Positions 1 to 11,482 are shown, numbered from the stretch's first letter. The stretch is 64,000 nt of DNA from an uncultured virus (IMG/VR IMGVR_UViG_3300011211_000002) (IMGVR_UViG_3300011211_000002), one strand, 5' to 3'. The notes: generated by a model not told the origin, from the letters alone. Translations and numbers: made by a program.

Positions 1-12
1 TGAGAATCATTA

Positions 13-1815
13 TTGTCACATGAGTACTTTCCAGAAAACAAATCCATGCTTTTACTAAGAAATCATATGTTTAAATCTGCATCTTTCAATTGTAATATAC
101 AGCAATTTCTTGTAGACCATAAACCTGATGAGATTGATTATGACAAATGGCAGATATTAAATATGTTTGGTGAAAGGATTCATGCTAAAGATATTGAAAT
201 GATTTGTACCCCTTCTAGTTTAAAAGCATTAAAATTTTCTAATATATTACCTACTAAAACAGAAAAGGAAATGTGGAATTATTGGAAAGATGTTGTTAAG
301 ACTGATGGGTGTATATTTGGAGTTTGTAAAAGTGAAAAACAAACTAAAATAGGTCATCAAGAAGATGGTACACCTTTACAACAAACTTCATATCAAATGA
401 TCAACTGCTTACCAGTTAATGAAATGGATGTTAATGATCTACTACAAACTGAATATGAATATCTTGATAAATTAAAAAATAATCATAACTTTCTTTTAGA
501 AGAAATATATAAAAATAAAGATTTAACAAACTCTAATGAAGCTCTATATGAGTTGTACAAAATAAACAAGAACATTATTAATACTCCTATGTTTAAAAGA
601 TTTAAAAGAAATTTCATATACAAAAAGAACAACCATGCGAAGAAAGGTAAAATAAAAGTAACTGGAGATTATTCGGTATTACTTGGTAATCCTTTAGAGT
701 TTTTATACCATTCAATTGGTAAATTCAATGTAGGTACTTTTGAACCTATACTAAAAAGTAATCAAGTATATTGTCCAATGTTTAATATAGATGAAGAGTT
801 AATTGGTTTTAGAAATCCAAATACCTCCCCTTCTAATGTATTGATTATGAAAAATACTCATGATGTCAAAATAAATAAATACTTTAATTTAACTGGTAAC
901 ATTATTGTAGTGAATGCAATCAACTTCCCAATACAGGACATATTAAGTGGATGTGATTATGATAGTGATACTATGCTAGTAAGTAATAATACAAAATTAA
1001 TTGAAATAGGTAAACGCTGCTTTGGTAATTATAATGTATGCCTAAATAAGATTGAAGGAGATAAAAAGAAATATAAATTAACTAAAGAAGATCATTTTAC
1101 CATTGATAATCAATTATCCTTTAGTCAAAAGAATATAGGTAGAGTTGTTAATTTAGGGCAATTCTGCATGTCGGTGTATTGGGACTTAATTAACAATGGA
1201 TTACTAGGAGATGATGTGGAAGAGTTATTAAGGAAAGTTGATGTAATGACCATATTGAGTGGTATAGCCATCGACATGGCTAAAAAATTTTATGATATAG
1301 ATATAGATGATGAAATCAGACATGTTAGTAATAACAGAATGTTAAGAGATAAGAATAAAAAACCCTTATTCTGGACTACAGTAAGTGTTAATCCTTCCAT
1401 AAAAGATAGAGTTGAATTTTATAAATGTCCAATGGATTTCTTAATTCAGCATCTTAATAATACTGATTCATCAGAAAGAAATAATACTAAAGCTGATTTT
1501 GAAGAACTTTTATTAGATTTCTCTACTAAAAATATTAATACAGTTCAAATGAATAATGTAGAATTTCTAATAGATACCTATATTTCTGATATGAAAAATA
1601 TTAGACATAATAATTCCGATGATATGCGTAGCATGTTATTAGAGTTAGAAAATTCATTTTCTTATAAGTTAAAGAAATGGAAATTAAAATCGGATACTAT
1701 AGCATTAATACTGAAGAAAATGAACAATGATAGTAATGAAAAATTATTGAAAGTTATCAAACTTCTTTATGAAAATCATTGGATAGAATTAAAAAAAGTT
1801 CTAATAAAAGCTTAA
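13..1815 (+). CDS. yonO: YonO-like single-subunit DNA-dependent RNA polymerase (C-terminal part; gene begins upstream of window)
   Basis: FRNP motif and catalytic GCDYDSD (DxDxD) motif; position directly upstream of HU and head genes as in SPbeta. Confidence 0.85.
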   Translation: MSHEYFPENKSMLLLRNHMFKSASFNCNIQQFLVDHKPDEIDYDKWQILNMFGERIHAKDIEMICTPSSLKALKFSNILPTKTEKEMWNYWKDVVKTDGCIFGVCKSEKQTKIGHQEDGTPLQQTSYQMINCLPVNEMDVNDLLQTEYEYLDKLKNNHNFLLEEIYKNKDLTNSNEALYELYKINKNIINTPMFKRFKRNFIYKKNNHAKKGKIKVTGDYSVLLGNPLEFLYHSIGKFNVGTFEPILKSNQVYCPMFNIDEELIGFRNPNTSPSNVLIMKNTHDVKINKYFNLTGNIIVVNAINFPIQDILSGCDYDSDTMLVSNNTKLIEIGKRCFGNYNVCLNKIEGDKKKYKLTKEDHFTIDNQLSFSQKNIGRVVNLGQFCMSVYWDLINNGLLGDDVEELLRKVDVMTILSGIAIDMAKKFYDIDIDDEIRHVSNNRMLRDKNKKPLFWTTVSVNPSIKDRVEFYKCPMDFLIQHLNNTDSSERNNTKADFEELLLDFSTKNINTVQMNNVEFLIDTYISDMKNIRHNNSDDMRSMLLELENSFSYKLKKWKLKSDTIALILKKMNNDSNEKLLKVIKLLYENHWIELKKVLIKA

Positions 1816-1964
1816 AAACAGGCATTTTTGCAAGAAAATCTTCGCAAAAGTAGCTGAAAACGTTGATATATCAATATTCTTTGTGTCACCTATAGGAAGG
1901 AAAGAGAATTTTTAATTAATAAATACATAAAACGAAAATAATATACAAAAGGGGAAATTAACTT

Positions 1965-2318
1965 ATGGTTAAACAAAAAGTGAATACAACAGAATTAGGT
2001 AAAGACTTACAAGGTATTTTAGAAGCTAAAGGAATTAAAGTTAAAGCTACAGAGGGCAAAGAAATTGTAGATGCCTTTGTAGACGTAATTTTTGAACGTG
2101 TAAATAATGGCGAGGTTGTAAAATTAGGTGCTTATGCTGACTTAGTTCCTAAAACTCGATCCGCTCGTAAAGGTCATAATCCTAAATTACTTAAAGATTT
2201 AAAAGATCAAGGTGTACCAGAACAAGAAGCTAAAAAACAAGCTGAGATTGACATTGCCGAAAAACGTGCAGTAGGTTTAAAATCTCATAAAAAATTAAAC
2301 GACTTATTAGAAGGTTAA
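1965..2318 (+). CDS. HU-family histone-like DNA-binding protein (YonN-like)
   Basis: HU signature V.L....F/L...R.ARKG.NP; RBS AAGGGG. Confidence 0.88.
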   Translation: MVKQKVNTTELGKDLQGILEAKGIKVKATEGKEIVDAFVDVIFERVNNGEVVKLGAYADLVPKTRSARKGHNPKLLKDLKDQGVPEQEAKKQAEIDIAEKRAVGLKSHKKLNDLLEG

Positions 2319-2445
2319 TTTTAAATACATAGCAAATTAATACAGACGATTTTACATTCGGATAGAGTTAGAGGTAGGGTTCTCCCCTTCACTGCTCTAT
2401 CCTTTTAATTTTAATAAAAATCATATATGGAGAAAAGGTGATATC

Positions 2446-2643
2446 ATGGCAGAGTTAACAAAGAATTATAAATTTAAAAATGCAGAGGTTAATTTAAAAG
2501 AAGGATTAATCTATGAATATGGTAAAACTGATGATGAAATACAAACCCATTCATTAAATGAAGTTCTAAAAGAATTAGCTTCTCGTGGACGTACCAATTT
2601 TTCCATTATTACAACTACTATCCCTACCCCAATTGAAGATTAA
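2446..2643 (+). CDS. YonK-like small protein
   Basis: 65-aa ORF with RBS AAGGTGA; size and position match SPbeta yonK. Confidence 0.65.
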   Translation: MAELTKNYKFKNAEVNLKEGLIYEYGKTDDEIQTHSLNEVLKELASRGRTNFSIITTTIPTPIED

Positions 2644-2654
2644 GAGGTGATTAA

Positions 2655-3887
2655 ATGACTTCTTATGATTTAAAACGTAAAGAAAATGAGAGTTTCAAAG
2701 ATTATCACATCAGATTATATTCAAACTTAGATACTTATGGAATCACTTCTGATGACGCTACTCTTCTTTTAAATAAGGAATATGGTTCTAATTACAGTGA
2801 ATCCAAGTGGCGTAAGGACTTTGGACAGTATATCAATTGGAAAGATTATATCGAGTCTAAGTTAATTGGAGACAATGAATTACCGACTTATAAACATTCG
2901 AATGAAATTAAAGGTGACGGAACTCATTCATCAGATAAGCTTATTCGTATTAGTGAAAGCGATAAGCTAGATAACAAAGCAATTTTAGAGGCTCATGGAT
3001 TCAATATTGATGAGTTTGATTTAGTCAATGCTAAAAACTCCATCTGGAATCAATCTATAGATAAGACTTTATATTCAAGTAAAATCACAGTCAAACCTAA
3101 ATCAGTTAAATTCGATATTGAAAATGTGCTTTCACAATTACAAGATAAAGTTAAAAAAGTAGTAATAAAAAAGAGTGATTTTAAAGGTGAAAATTTATTA
3201 GAAATACCTTTAGTAGATATGCACTTCGGAATCAATGATTTAGTATACTACAATGAAACATTAAACGAGGTTATAGAGCTAATTGAGTCTAAAAAATGGG
3301 ATACAATCTATATTCCAATTGGGAATGACCTACTTCATCATGATGACTTTAAAGGACATACTAGCAATGGTACAGCAATAGAAAAAGTAGATATAGAGAA
3401 TGCTTGGACAGATGCTTTTACTTTCTATAGTTGCATTTTTGAAGCTTCATTAAAGAATTCTAACCATGTGGTATCGGATTATGTTTGTGGCAATCATGAT
3501 AAGGTTATGACTTATGGATTAGTTAGAGCGTTAGAAGTTAGATTTCCCCAAGTTAAATTCGATACTTCTATTAAAAATAAGAAGATGTTTACATGGAAAG
3601 ACGTTGCTATATTGAGTCTACACGGAGATAAAGGTTCGAATCGAGTTAGTAAAACCATTTATAAAGAATATGGCAAGGTTATTGCTGATAAAAAAGTTGT
3701 TGAAATTCATAGTGGTCATTTACACTTCTCACAGTCGAAGGATGATTTCGGTGTAGTATTTAGAACATTACCTACTAAAGCTCAAACTGATGAGTGGCAT
3801 CGAGAAGAATCGTTTGTAGGTGCGGGTAAATATTTCAGTTTATTTGAGTATAAATCAGATTTATTAAAAACTATACATAATATTTAG
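2655..3887 (+). CDS. Calcineurin-like metallophosphoesterase (YonJ-like)
   Basis: DMHFG, GND, GNHD, HGD, GHLH motifs. Confidence 0.85.
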   Translation: MTSYDLKRKENESFKDYHIRLYSNLDTYGITSDDATLLLNKEYGSNYSESKWRKDFGQYINWKDYIESKLIGDNELPTYKHSNEIKGDGTHSSDKLIRISESDKLDNKAILEAHGFNIDEFDLVNAKNSIWNQSIDKTLYSSKITVKPKSVKFDIENVLSQLQDKVKKVVIKKSDFKGENLLEIPLVDMHFGINDLVYYNETLNEVIELIESKKWDTIYIPIGNDLLHHDDFKGHTSNGTAIEKVDIENAWTDAFTFYSCIFEASLKNSNHVVSDYVCGNHDKVMTYGLVRALEVRFPQVKFDTSIKNKKMFTWKDVAILSLHGDKGSNRVSKTIYKEYGKVIADKKVVEIHSGHLHFSQSKDDFGVVFRTLPTKAQTDEWHREESFVGAGKYFSLFEYKSDLLKTIHNI

Positions 3888-4031
3888 TTGATACATATGA
3901 AAAATCTAATATTTGAAATCAAATTTACTACCTTCATATACATACATGAATTTAAAATTTTATTAAAACGGTTATTTTATTCAAATTAATACATATATAG
4001 AATATTAAAAATGGAATGAGGTGAATTATAT

Positions 4032-4958
4032 TTGCCTACTCTATTAGACAAGGATAAATATAAGAACTGTTCCATGTGTGGGAATAACAAAAAGTTAACG
4101 GATTACTATAAGTCTTATAGTCCTTTAGATAAAGTAGATGAGCGTCTTAGGGTTTGTAAGGTATGTCTTAAAAATGAATCTGATATTAATAATGTGGATA
4201 GTGTAAAAAATAATTTAAGAATGGTGGATAAACCATTCAATATTTTTTTATGGGAATCTGCATTAACAAAACCAGACGTAATTGGTGAGTATTTTAAACT
4301 TATTAATGCAAAAGACTATAGGCACGAAACATGGGAACAGAGCGTTTTTGAGAAGCAAAACGAATATAAAAATGAAATAAATCAACAGGACAATTTATCA
4401 ATCGAAGATATAGATGATACTTTGTTAGGCGATTTAAAAGAAAAGTATGGTTATGGCTATCCTGATGAAGAATACATATTGTTCGAAAAGAAGTTTATCA
4501 ACTTAAAGCCTAGTTTTCAACTTCCTACTACAATGCACGAAGAGTACTTACGTGAATACTGTGTGAATAAAGTTAAAGAAACTATTGCTAAAGCTAAGGG
4601 CGAATTTAAAGAAGCCAAAGAATGGGCTGCTATGGCTAAAGAATCTGCTGAAGCAGGTAAATTAAAGCCAAGTCAAATGAGTAAAGCAGATTTATCTCAA
4701 GGTTTAGATGGATTCGGTCAACTAGCTCGTATGGTGGAAGAACATCAAGACATAATTCCCCTACTGCCAAAGTTTATCAAACAACCTAAAGATGATGTTG
4801 ACATTACATTATGGCTTTATATTAATTATGTTCGAGATTTACAAGGGTTGTCACCTGCTGATTATGAAGAAATATATCAATTTTATGAGGAACGTAGAAA
4901 AGATTATGAAGGTAGAGAATTAGATAGTAATCTAAGTGACGGTGACGAAAATGTCTAG
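4032..4958 (+). CDS. Zn-finger protein, probable terminase small subunit-associated protein
   Basis: CxxC...CxxC N-terminus; immediately upstream of and overlapping the large terminase. Confidence 0.55.
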   Translation: MPTLLDKDKYKNCSMCGNNKKLTDYYKSYSPLDKVDERLRVCKVCLKNESDINNVDSVKNNLRMVDKPFNIFLWESALTKPDVIGEYFKLINAKDYRHETWEQSVFEKQNEYKNEINQQDNLSIEDIDDTLLGDLKEKYGYGYPDEEYILFEKKFINLKPSFQLPTTMHEEYLREYCVNKVKETIAKAKGEFKEAKEWAAMAKESAEAGKLKPSQMSKADLSQGLDGFGQLARMVEEHQDIIPLLPKFIKQPKDDVDITLWLYINYVRDLQGLSPADYEEIYQFYEERRKDYEGRELDSNLSDGDENV

Positions 4959-6738
4959 TTACAAAAACTTTCAAGATGATAACTTCAAATACTCTAAAGA
5001 ATCTTCTAGAACAAATGATAACCCTGCTTTCAATTCTCAAGTGAAAGTTAATGACTTTAAGAAAAATTCATTTAACGAAAACTTTAATACTTGGGTTGAA
5101 TTCTTACAGTGGGCTAGATGGTTTCCTGATCTCTGGTTTGATCTTATAAAGCCAGAAAAAGGCGGTATGAGATTAGATTTAGACCAACGAGTGTTTCTTA
5201 GATGCCTCAGCAGATTTATCAGTACATACGGTGTTTTCCCTCGTGGATTTGGAAAGACAATGATTGAATTAATGTCAATTTACCATACTGCAATATTCTT
5301 TCCTGATGTTAATTTATCAATGTCGGCTCAAACTAAGGAAAATGCAGCGTCTATTAGTGAAGATAAGCATAAAGAGTTGATAAAGAAATTTCCATTGCTA
5401 ATGAACGAAATTACAAAAGCAAGTCACACTAAAGACAGCGTAGAGGTTATTTTTAAGTCTGGCGGTACTTATTCTATTTTAGCTAATGCTCAAAGTACAA
5501 AAGGTCAACGTAGACACAGGTTGAATGTGGAAGAATCAGCACTTTTAAACAATGAGCTATTTAAAGATGTACTTGAACCAGTAGTAAACGTTCCAAGACG
5601 TACTATAGGCGAACAGTCAGTAATAAGCCCTTACGAATTAAACGGTATGATTAACTTTGTAACAACTTCTGGATATCGTGGATCAGATGAGTTTAATCGA
5701 ATATTAAATATGATCAACGAGATGGCTGAATTAAAAGGAAAAATTGTACTAGGTGCAAGTTGGGAGCTTCCTTGTCATTATGGTCGAGGAGAAACTAGAA
5801 ATCAATTATTAGCAAAGAAAAATGACCCTACTACATCTACTACAGCATTCGCCATGAACTACGAATCAAAGTGGGTAGGTGCAACGGACGGGGCATTGGT
5901 AAATATTTCAAAGCTACTTAATTTAAGAACATTACCAAAAGTAGAATTAGGATGCCCAAAAGATACTAGAGGAAATTTCGAACTCAATGAATATGTAATT
6001 GGTGTGGACGTTGCACGTTCGTCTGCTCAAAGTAATAATAAAACAGCTATTGTAATCTTAAAAATTATTAGAAATCCAAAAGGTTTAATTCGGCAAATTC
6101 AATTAGTGAATATTATCGAACCTCCAAACGGATTGAACTTCAAAGAACAAAGTATCATTGTCAAAAGGTTATTTAAAAAATATGGTGGGAATGAGAATTT
6201 AAATAAATCTCGTGTTAAAGCAATAGTTATAGACGGGAATGTTATCGGCAAAGGTTTAATTGACAGGCTTTTAGAAGATGTTACAGACCCAGATACAAAC
6301 GAAGAATTAGGTTGTTTCGACACTATAAATACGGATCAAAAACCTGACCACGAAAAAGCTATAAAAATAGTTTATGATTTGACTGCTACAGGTATCAACG
6401 ATGAAATTATTCGTACATTTATAGATTACGTTGAAACAGAAAAATTGAAGCTTCTTAAAATAAATGATGAGATTAAAAAGACATCTGTATATGGTGATGA
6501 CAATCTAGTAGAAGAAGAAAGAGCAAGGCTTCATACTCAATATTTAATTGATGAAGTTTCTAATCTTAAACTTAAGAAAACAAAGAATTCAATAACTGTA
6601 GAACAAGTTCAAAAAAAGATTGATAAGGATAGATATTCTGCATTAGCATATGCGCTATATTACATTTTTTTATTTTTGGAAAAAGAAATAGATGAAAAAG
6701 ATAACTACGAAGAAGATGATGAATTAATTTATTTTTAA
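4951..6738 (+). CDS. Terminase large subunit (YonF-like)
   Basis: Walker A-like PRGFGKT, Walker B LNVEE, nuclease GVDVAR and KDRYSA motifs. Confidence 0.92.
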   Translation: MSSYKNFQDDNFKYSKESSRTNDNPAFNSQVKVNDFKKNSFNENFNTWVEFLQWARWFPDLWFDLIKPEKGGMRLDLDQRVFLRCLSRFISTYGVFPRGFGKTMIELMSIYHTAIFFPDVNLSMSAQTKENAASISEDKHKELIKKFPLLMNEITKASHTKDSVEVIFKSGGTYSILANAQSTKGQRRHRLNVEESALLNNELFKDVLEPVVNVPRRTIGEQSVISPYELNGMINFVTTSGYRGSDEFNRILNMINEMAELKGKIVLGASWELPCHYGRGETRNQLLAKKNDPTTSTTAFAMNYESKWVGATDGALVNISKLLNLRTLPKVELGCPKDTRGNFELNEYVIGVDVARSSAQSNNKTAIVILKIIRNPKGLIRQIQLVNIIEPPNGLNFKEQSIIVKRLFKKYGGNENLNKSRVKAIVIDGNVIGKGLIDRLLEDVTDPDTNEELGCFDTINTDQKPDHEKAIKIVYDLTATGINDEIIRTFIDYVETEKLKLLKINDEIKKTSVYGDDNLVEEERARLHTQYLIDEVSNLKLKKTKNSITVEQVQKKIDKDRYSALAYALYYIFLFLEKEIDEKDNYEEDDELIYF

Positions 6739-6784
6739 AGATAAAAATACATAATGCTATTAAAATTGTATTGGAGGTGAATAA

Positions 6785-8308
6785 ATGTCAGAAATTGTAC
6801 AAATAGATACAGAGACAGAAGAATACAAAAGAATGGTGAACGATTATAACGACTATATTAGTACTTTTGTTTCTGGATTTGTTACCAATTTATTCTCACA
6901 AGGAATAATTGAAGAAGTTGATGCAGAAACACTAAAAAAGTATTTTTCTAATCCTGATACTTTTCAAAAAGAAATTGAGGATTTAGCACAGTATTATTAT
7001 ATTTCTTCAGGTGAAATACATCAATTATTCGAATTAATAGAAGCACTCCCCTCTTTAAATTACAAAATAGATTCATTCGATAAGAATAAACATACAGATA
7101 AATATATTGGAATGATAAACAAAGCACTCCACAAAATTAAACATAAACGTTTGACTCGTGATTTACTTAAACAAACATCTGCTTCTGGAACACTAGTTGG
7201 TATCTGGTTAGGCGACAAGAATAATATTTATCCTTATGTATTCGATGATGTAAAATTTGTATTCCCTGCTTATAGAAATAATGGTGAATGGCAATGTGTT
7301 ATAGATATGGAATATTTCTCAAAATTACAAGATGATTTTCGTAATGAACAATTTAACAACATGTCCCCCTACTTAACAAAAGAAGATTTTGAGAAATATC
7401 AAAACGATACTTCAAAACACAAATATAAAGAGTTACCGCAAGATAGAACTTTTGTTTTGAGAACTGGAACATTAAAAAGAAATCAAGGCTTAGGTACGTC
7501 CTTAGTAACTCCTGGTTTATATGATGTATTACATAAAAAGAAATTAAAAGATGTGGAATACTCTATTGCTAATAAAATTATTAATGCTGTGGCAGTGTTG
7601 ACAGTTGGTGTAAATGGTGATGAAAAGTATGACACAATGACAAACTTGAAACTGCCTAAGGCTGTGAAACAGAAAGTTCACTCTGGAGTTAAGCAAGCAT
7701 TAGAAAAAAGTAATACTAAAGGGGTAACTGTAGTAACAATACCAGACTTCGCCAAGTTAGATTTTCCTGACGTTTCTACAGATGGATTAGGAGACAAGAA
7801 GTACGGAAATGTTAATTCGGATATTAAGACTGCATATGGTATATCTGGAGCGTTATTGAATGGTGATGGTGGTAACTTTAGTGCATCTAAACTTAATCTT
7901 GATACTTTCTATAAGAGACTTGGAGTAATGTTAGAAGATATTGAACAAGAATGTTATCAGAAATTAATCAACTTGATTCTCCCCTCTTCTCAAAAGGATA
8001 ATTTTGTAATGGAATACGACAAATCAACTCCACTTACTCATAAAGAGAAAGTGGATATTTTAATGCGATTAAATGACAAAGGATGGTCAATTAAGCATGT
8101 TGTAGATCAACTAGATGGTGTTTCATGGGAGAGCTTCTTTGAACAAACTATCTATGAAACTGAAGAACTTAATTTACAAGACAGAATTCGACCTTATCGA
8201 AGTACTCATACTATGACTAGTGATAAAGGTGGAAGACCTGAAATGGATTCCAATAACGATAATACCGTTAAATCAAAAACAAGTAATGGTAATGATTTAC
8301 CCGAATAA
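6785..8308 (+). CDS. Portal protein (YonE-like)
   Basis: 507 aa directly after terminase; C-terminal GGRP motif common in portals. Confidence 0.8.
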   Translation: MSEIVQIDTETEEYKRMVNDYNDYISTFVSGFVTNLFSQGIIEEVDAETLKKYFSNPDTFQKEIEDLAQYYYISSGEIHQLFELIEALPSLNYKIDSFDKNKHTDKYIGMINKALHKIKHKRLTRDLLKQTSASGTLVGIWLGDKNNIYPYVFDDVKFVFPAYRNNGEWQCVIDMEYFSKLQDDFRNEQFNNMSPYLTKEDFEKYQNDTSKHKYKELPQDRTFVLRTGTLKRNQGLGTSLVTPGLYDVLHKKKLKDVEYSIANKIINAVAVLTVGVNGDEKYDTMTNLKLPKAVKQKVHSGVKQALEKSNTKGVTVVTIPDFAKLDFPDVSTDGLGDKKYGNVNSDIKTAYGISGALLNGDGGNFSASKLNLDTFYKRLGVMLEDIEQECYQKLINLILPSSQKDNFVMEYDKSTPLTHKEKVDILMRLNDKGWSIKHVVDQLDGVSWESFFEQTIYETEELNLQDRIRPYRSTHTMTSDKGGRPEMDSNNDNTVKSKTSNGNDLPE

Positions 8309-8344
8309 GTAGAATTTGCCTTTCAAAGGAGGTGAAATATTAAT

Positions 8345-9814
8345 TTGGTCAAAAAACAAACATTAAATTTAGTTTTAAATGAAATAAAACAAAGTGATGA
8401 CCCAACTATTCTTCCTTGTACTTTTATAATAATGGACTTCGAAAAGTCAGGAAATAATGTTGTAGTTGCAGAAGACGTAGTACTTGAAGGCGGCAAATCC
8501 CTTTTAAACAAGCCTATAGTTGCTGCATACAAAGATGTTGAAGAAGCAAATACCAAAACAGATAATTTTGAGGGTCATAATCAATATATCAGTGAAGATA
8601 GGTATGGTAATCAAATAATTAAATCTAATACAGTTCCTATCGGGGTATTTACAACTGAGGGGTATAAACTTTCTGTAAATATTGAAGGTGAACAAAAAGA
8701 TGTGATGGCTTGTGATGCTGTACTTTGGAAAACTAGATTTCCAGATGCTTGCGATTTGTTATTAGAGTGGTATGAAAGTGGTATTAAAATCAATACAAGT
8801 TGCGAATATTTGTATTCAAACTATTCTTATCAAGATGGTATTGAATATCATTACCCCCCTATTTATTTTGAAGGTCATGCTATTTTAGCAAGTGAAAATC
8901 GAGGTGATCAAAATATAGTATTACCTGCCTATGAGTCATCAAAACTGTTGAGCTTTAATGAGATAAACAAATTTAATAAATTAGTTGCACAAGCAATTAA
9001 TCAGAAAGACAAGGAGGAAAAAGAAAATATGAAATTCTTTAAGAAAGTATATGAATTATCTCATAGTGATGTCCGTTCCCTACTTTATACACAACTTGAA
9101 ACATTCTTAGATAAAAAAGAATACTCTTATATTTCAGATGTGTATGAGACATATTTCGTAGTTAATACATACAAATATGATGAGGATGATAATTTAGAGT
9201 ACGATAAGTACTTTAAATTCAATTATTCTAAAGGTGAAAACGATACGATTACTATTGATGGTGATTCAAAAGTAGAGGTTACTATTAAACGTGATTGGGT
9301 AGAAGTTAGTCAATTTGAGTCAATTCAGAATGAAGTAAAAGAATTAACTATACAGTTAAGTGAGAAAGAATCAAAAGTAACTGAATTAGAAAGACAATTA
9401 AATGCTACTTCTACAGATAAGAAAACTATCGAAGAAAAATTCAATACTGCATCTGAAAAAATCGTTCAACTAAATTCAAAAGTGGAGGAACTTACACCAT
9501 TCAAAGAACAATTCGAACAACAAGAGTTAGAAAAGTCTTTAAATGAGAAGAAAGAGTTTTATGGTGGCAAATTTGAAGCGTTAAATGCTAAAGAAAGATT
9601 CGAATCAGAAGAAGTACAAGAATTAATAAATAAAACAGTTTGTAAAAATGAAGAAGGTTCTAATGCAATTCTTCAATTAAATTCAATGCTAGTTGATATG
9701 GTTGTATTGAACAAAGAAACAAATTCGGAAAAAACTGCAATCAGAGAAGTTTCTAGTAAGCGTGAAAATCTAATTCCGTCTAGTGATGATTTTGATAGCA
9801 GATATTCACTTTAA
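8345..9814 (+). CDS. Prohead protease/scaffold (YonD-like)
   Basis: N-terminal protease-like domain plus long acidic coiled coil; between portal and capsid genes. Confidence 0.7.
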   Translation: MVKKQTLNLVLNEIKQSDDPTILPCTFIIMDFEKSGNNVVVAEDVVLEGGKSLLNKPIVAAYKDVEEANTKTDNFEGHNQYISEDRYGNQIIKSNTVPIGVFTTEGYKLSVNIEGEQKDVMACDAVLWKTRFPDACDLLLEWYESGIKINTSCEYLYSNYSYQDGIEYHYPPIYFEGHAILASENRGDQNIVLPAYESSKLLSFNEINKFNKLVAQAINQKDKEEKENMKFFKKVYELSHSDVRSLLYTQLETFLDKKEYSYISDVYETYFVVNTYKYDEDDNLEYDKYFKFNYSKGENDTITIDGDSKVEVTIKRDWVEVSQFESIQNEVKELTIQLSEKESKVTELERQLNATSTDKKTIEEKFNTASEKIVQLNSKVEELTPFKEQFEQQELEKSLNEKKEFYGGKFEALNAKERFESEEVQELINKTVCKNEEGSNAILQLNSMLVDMVVLNKETNSEKTAIREVSSKRENLIPSSDDFDSRYSL

Positions 9815-9844
9815 AAAATACATAATAATCGGAGGAAATTTAAA

Positions 9845-10381
9845 ATGGCAAGCGATATCTTAAAAGCTTTACAACAAACAGGAACTCATTCAGTGGGTAA
9901 TTTGAACAGCCTAAAAATTAAAACGGTAGCAAATGGTGCTATTGTTGAAGGAGCAGATATTGATAATTTCACATTGGGCGAATTAGGTTTTAATACAGAA
10001 GGAGAACGTACAGTAAAACAATTATCTGCAAATGATAAAAAAGCTGTATTAGTAGCTTCTCCTGAAACTCGTTATCTTGGTGAAGAAATGACTAAATTCT
10101 TCAATGCTGTTGGAGAGCGTGTTCGATGTGTAATTTTAGAAGAAGGTTATACTCGCTTTGAGACTTCAGCATTCACTAAAAATTCAGGAGTTAGTCAAAT
10201 TAAGAATGGTCAGGTCGCTCACTTTGATGCAGCTACTAAAAAGTTTATTGTTTCTGATGCAGCTTCAGCACATGCTGATTACTCTACTGCTTCTGCACAA
10301 TTCTTGGTTGTGAATGATGAAGAAGACATACAATATACTCTTGGAAAACCAATGATTCGACTTGAAGTAATTAAGGCTTAA
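9845..10381 (+). CDS. Head decoration/capsid-associated protein (YonC-like)
   Basis: Position before major capsid gene; strong RBS GGAGG. Confidence 0.6.
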   Translation: MASDILKALQQTGTHSVGNLNSLKIKTVANGAIVEGADIDNFTLGELGFNTEGERTVKQLSANDKKAVLVASPETRYLGEEMTKFFNAVGERVRCVILEEGYTRFETSAFTKNSGVSQIKNGQVAHFDAATKKFIVSDAASAHADYSTASAQFLVVNDEEDIQYTLGKPMIRLEVIKA

Positions 10382-10422
10382 TATTAAAAAATACATAACA
10401 TATATTAAAGGAGATTGAAATA

Positions 10423-11439
10423 ATGGCACTAGACAATACAAAATTAAAAGGTTTATTTAGTCGTGTATACAATAACAAAATGGAAGAAACTGATTCAACT
10501 GATATTAAAGCATATATCACAAAAGTATTTGGTGATGGTGGCGCAAATCCTGACCCAACATTGTTACATCAATTCAATCAATTAGTTGTTGAAGCAGCAG
10601 ATCAAATTGCTAAACCAATGGTATCTGATTTACTATCATTATTCGCAAATACTCAAACTCGCCAACGTGGAGACTTAGTTGAATTACGAATTCCACAAAA
10701 GAATAAGGCAAAAGTAGTATGGTCTGCAACTGGTTCGGGTGTAGATTTAGTACGTGTAGAAGGACGCAAATCAATTATTGCTGTACCTGCTCACCTCTCT
10801 ACTGGTTTCTATTATGAACCACTTGATTTAGTGAAAGAATCTGAAGAATATTTCCGAAAATTAGTAAATGATGTAGCTAATGCGAAAGTTAAATTATATC
10901 TTGATAAAATCAATGAATTAACAGCTTCTGCAATTAGTTCTGGTAAAATTCCAGCAGCAAATGTCGTTGCTGGTTCAGGTTTAACTTTAGCACAATATAA
11001 TAAGGCTGCATCTGTACTTCAACGTTATGGTGGTCGCCCTGTATTTGTTGCAGACTCATTACTTATCGATCATTTTGCGTTCCAACAAGCTAGTGATTCC
11101 GTTGTAAAAGAATTACTTACTGATGGTGTCAAAGAGGAATTGCTTACTTCTCTCAACCCTACTACTATTCAACGCACAACTGCTGTAAACCTTGTAAATC
11201 CATTTACTGATGAAACTAACTCTAAAGTTGAATTACCAGTAAATAAAGGTTACATGTTTGCAGGTAGCGTTACTCAAAAACCGTTTTCTATCGTAGAATA
11301 TGGTGGTCTACGTCAAATGACTGAACAAGATATTGAAGATGAGCGAATTAAAGTTAAAATTACTCAAGATGTAGCAATTAACCTTGTATATGGTGAAGCA
11401 ATCGCTGTAATTGAAGATGATAGCATTACTTTAAATTAA
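10423..11439 (+). CDS. Major capsid protein (YonB-like)
   Basis: 338 aa, position, followed by terminator hairpin. Confidence 0.75.
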   Translation: MALDNTKLKGLFSRVYNNKMEETDSTDIKAYITKVFGDGGANPDPTLLHQFNQLVVEAADQIAKPMVSDLLSLFANTQTRQRGDLVELRIPQKNKAKVVWSATGSGVDLVRVEGRKSIIAVPAHLSTGFYYEPLDLVKESEEYFRKLVNDVANAKVKLYLDKINELTASAISSGKIPAANVVAGSGLTLAQYNKAASVLQRYGGRPVFVADSLLIDHFAFQQASDSVVKELLTDGVKEELLTSLNPTTIQRTTAVNLVNPFTDETNSKVELPVNKGYMFAGSVTQKPFSIVEYGGLRQMTEQDIEDERIKVKITQDVAINLVYGEAIAVIEDDSITLN

Positions 11440-11452
11440 TACATAAACATGT

Positions 11453-11482
11453 AAGGTGACTGCTTAATATGTGGTCACCTTT
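11453..11482 (+). terminator. Hairpin after capsid gene
   Basis: AAGGTGAC...GTCACCTT inverted repeat. Confidence 0.6.
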
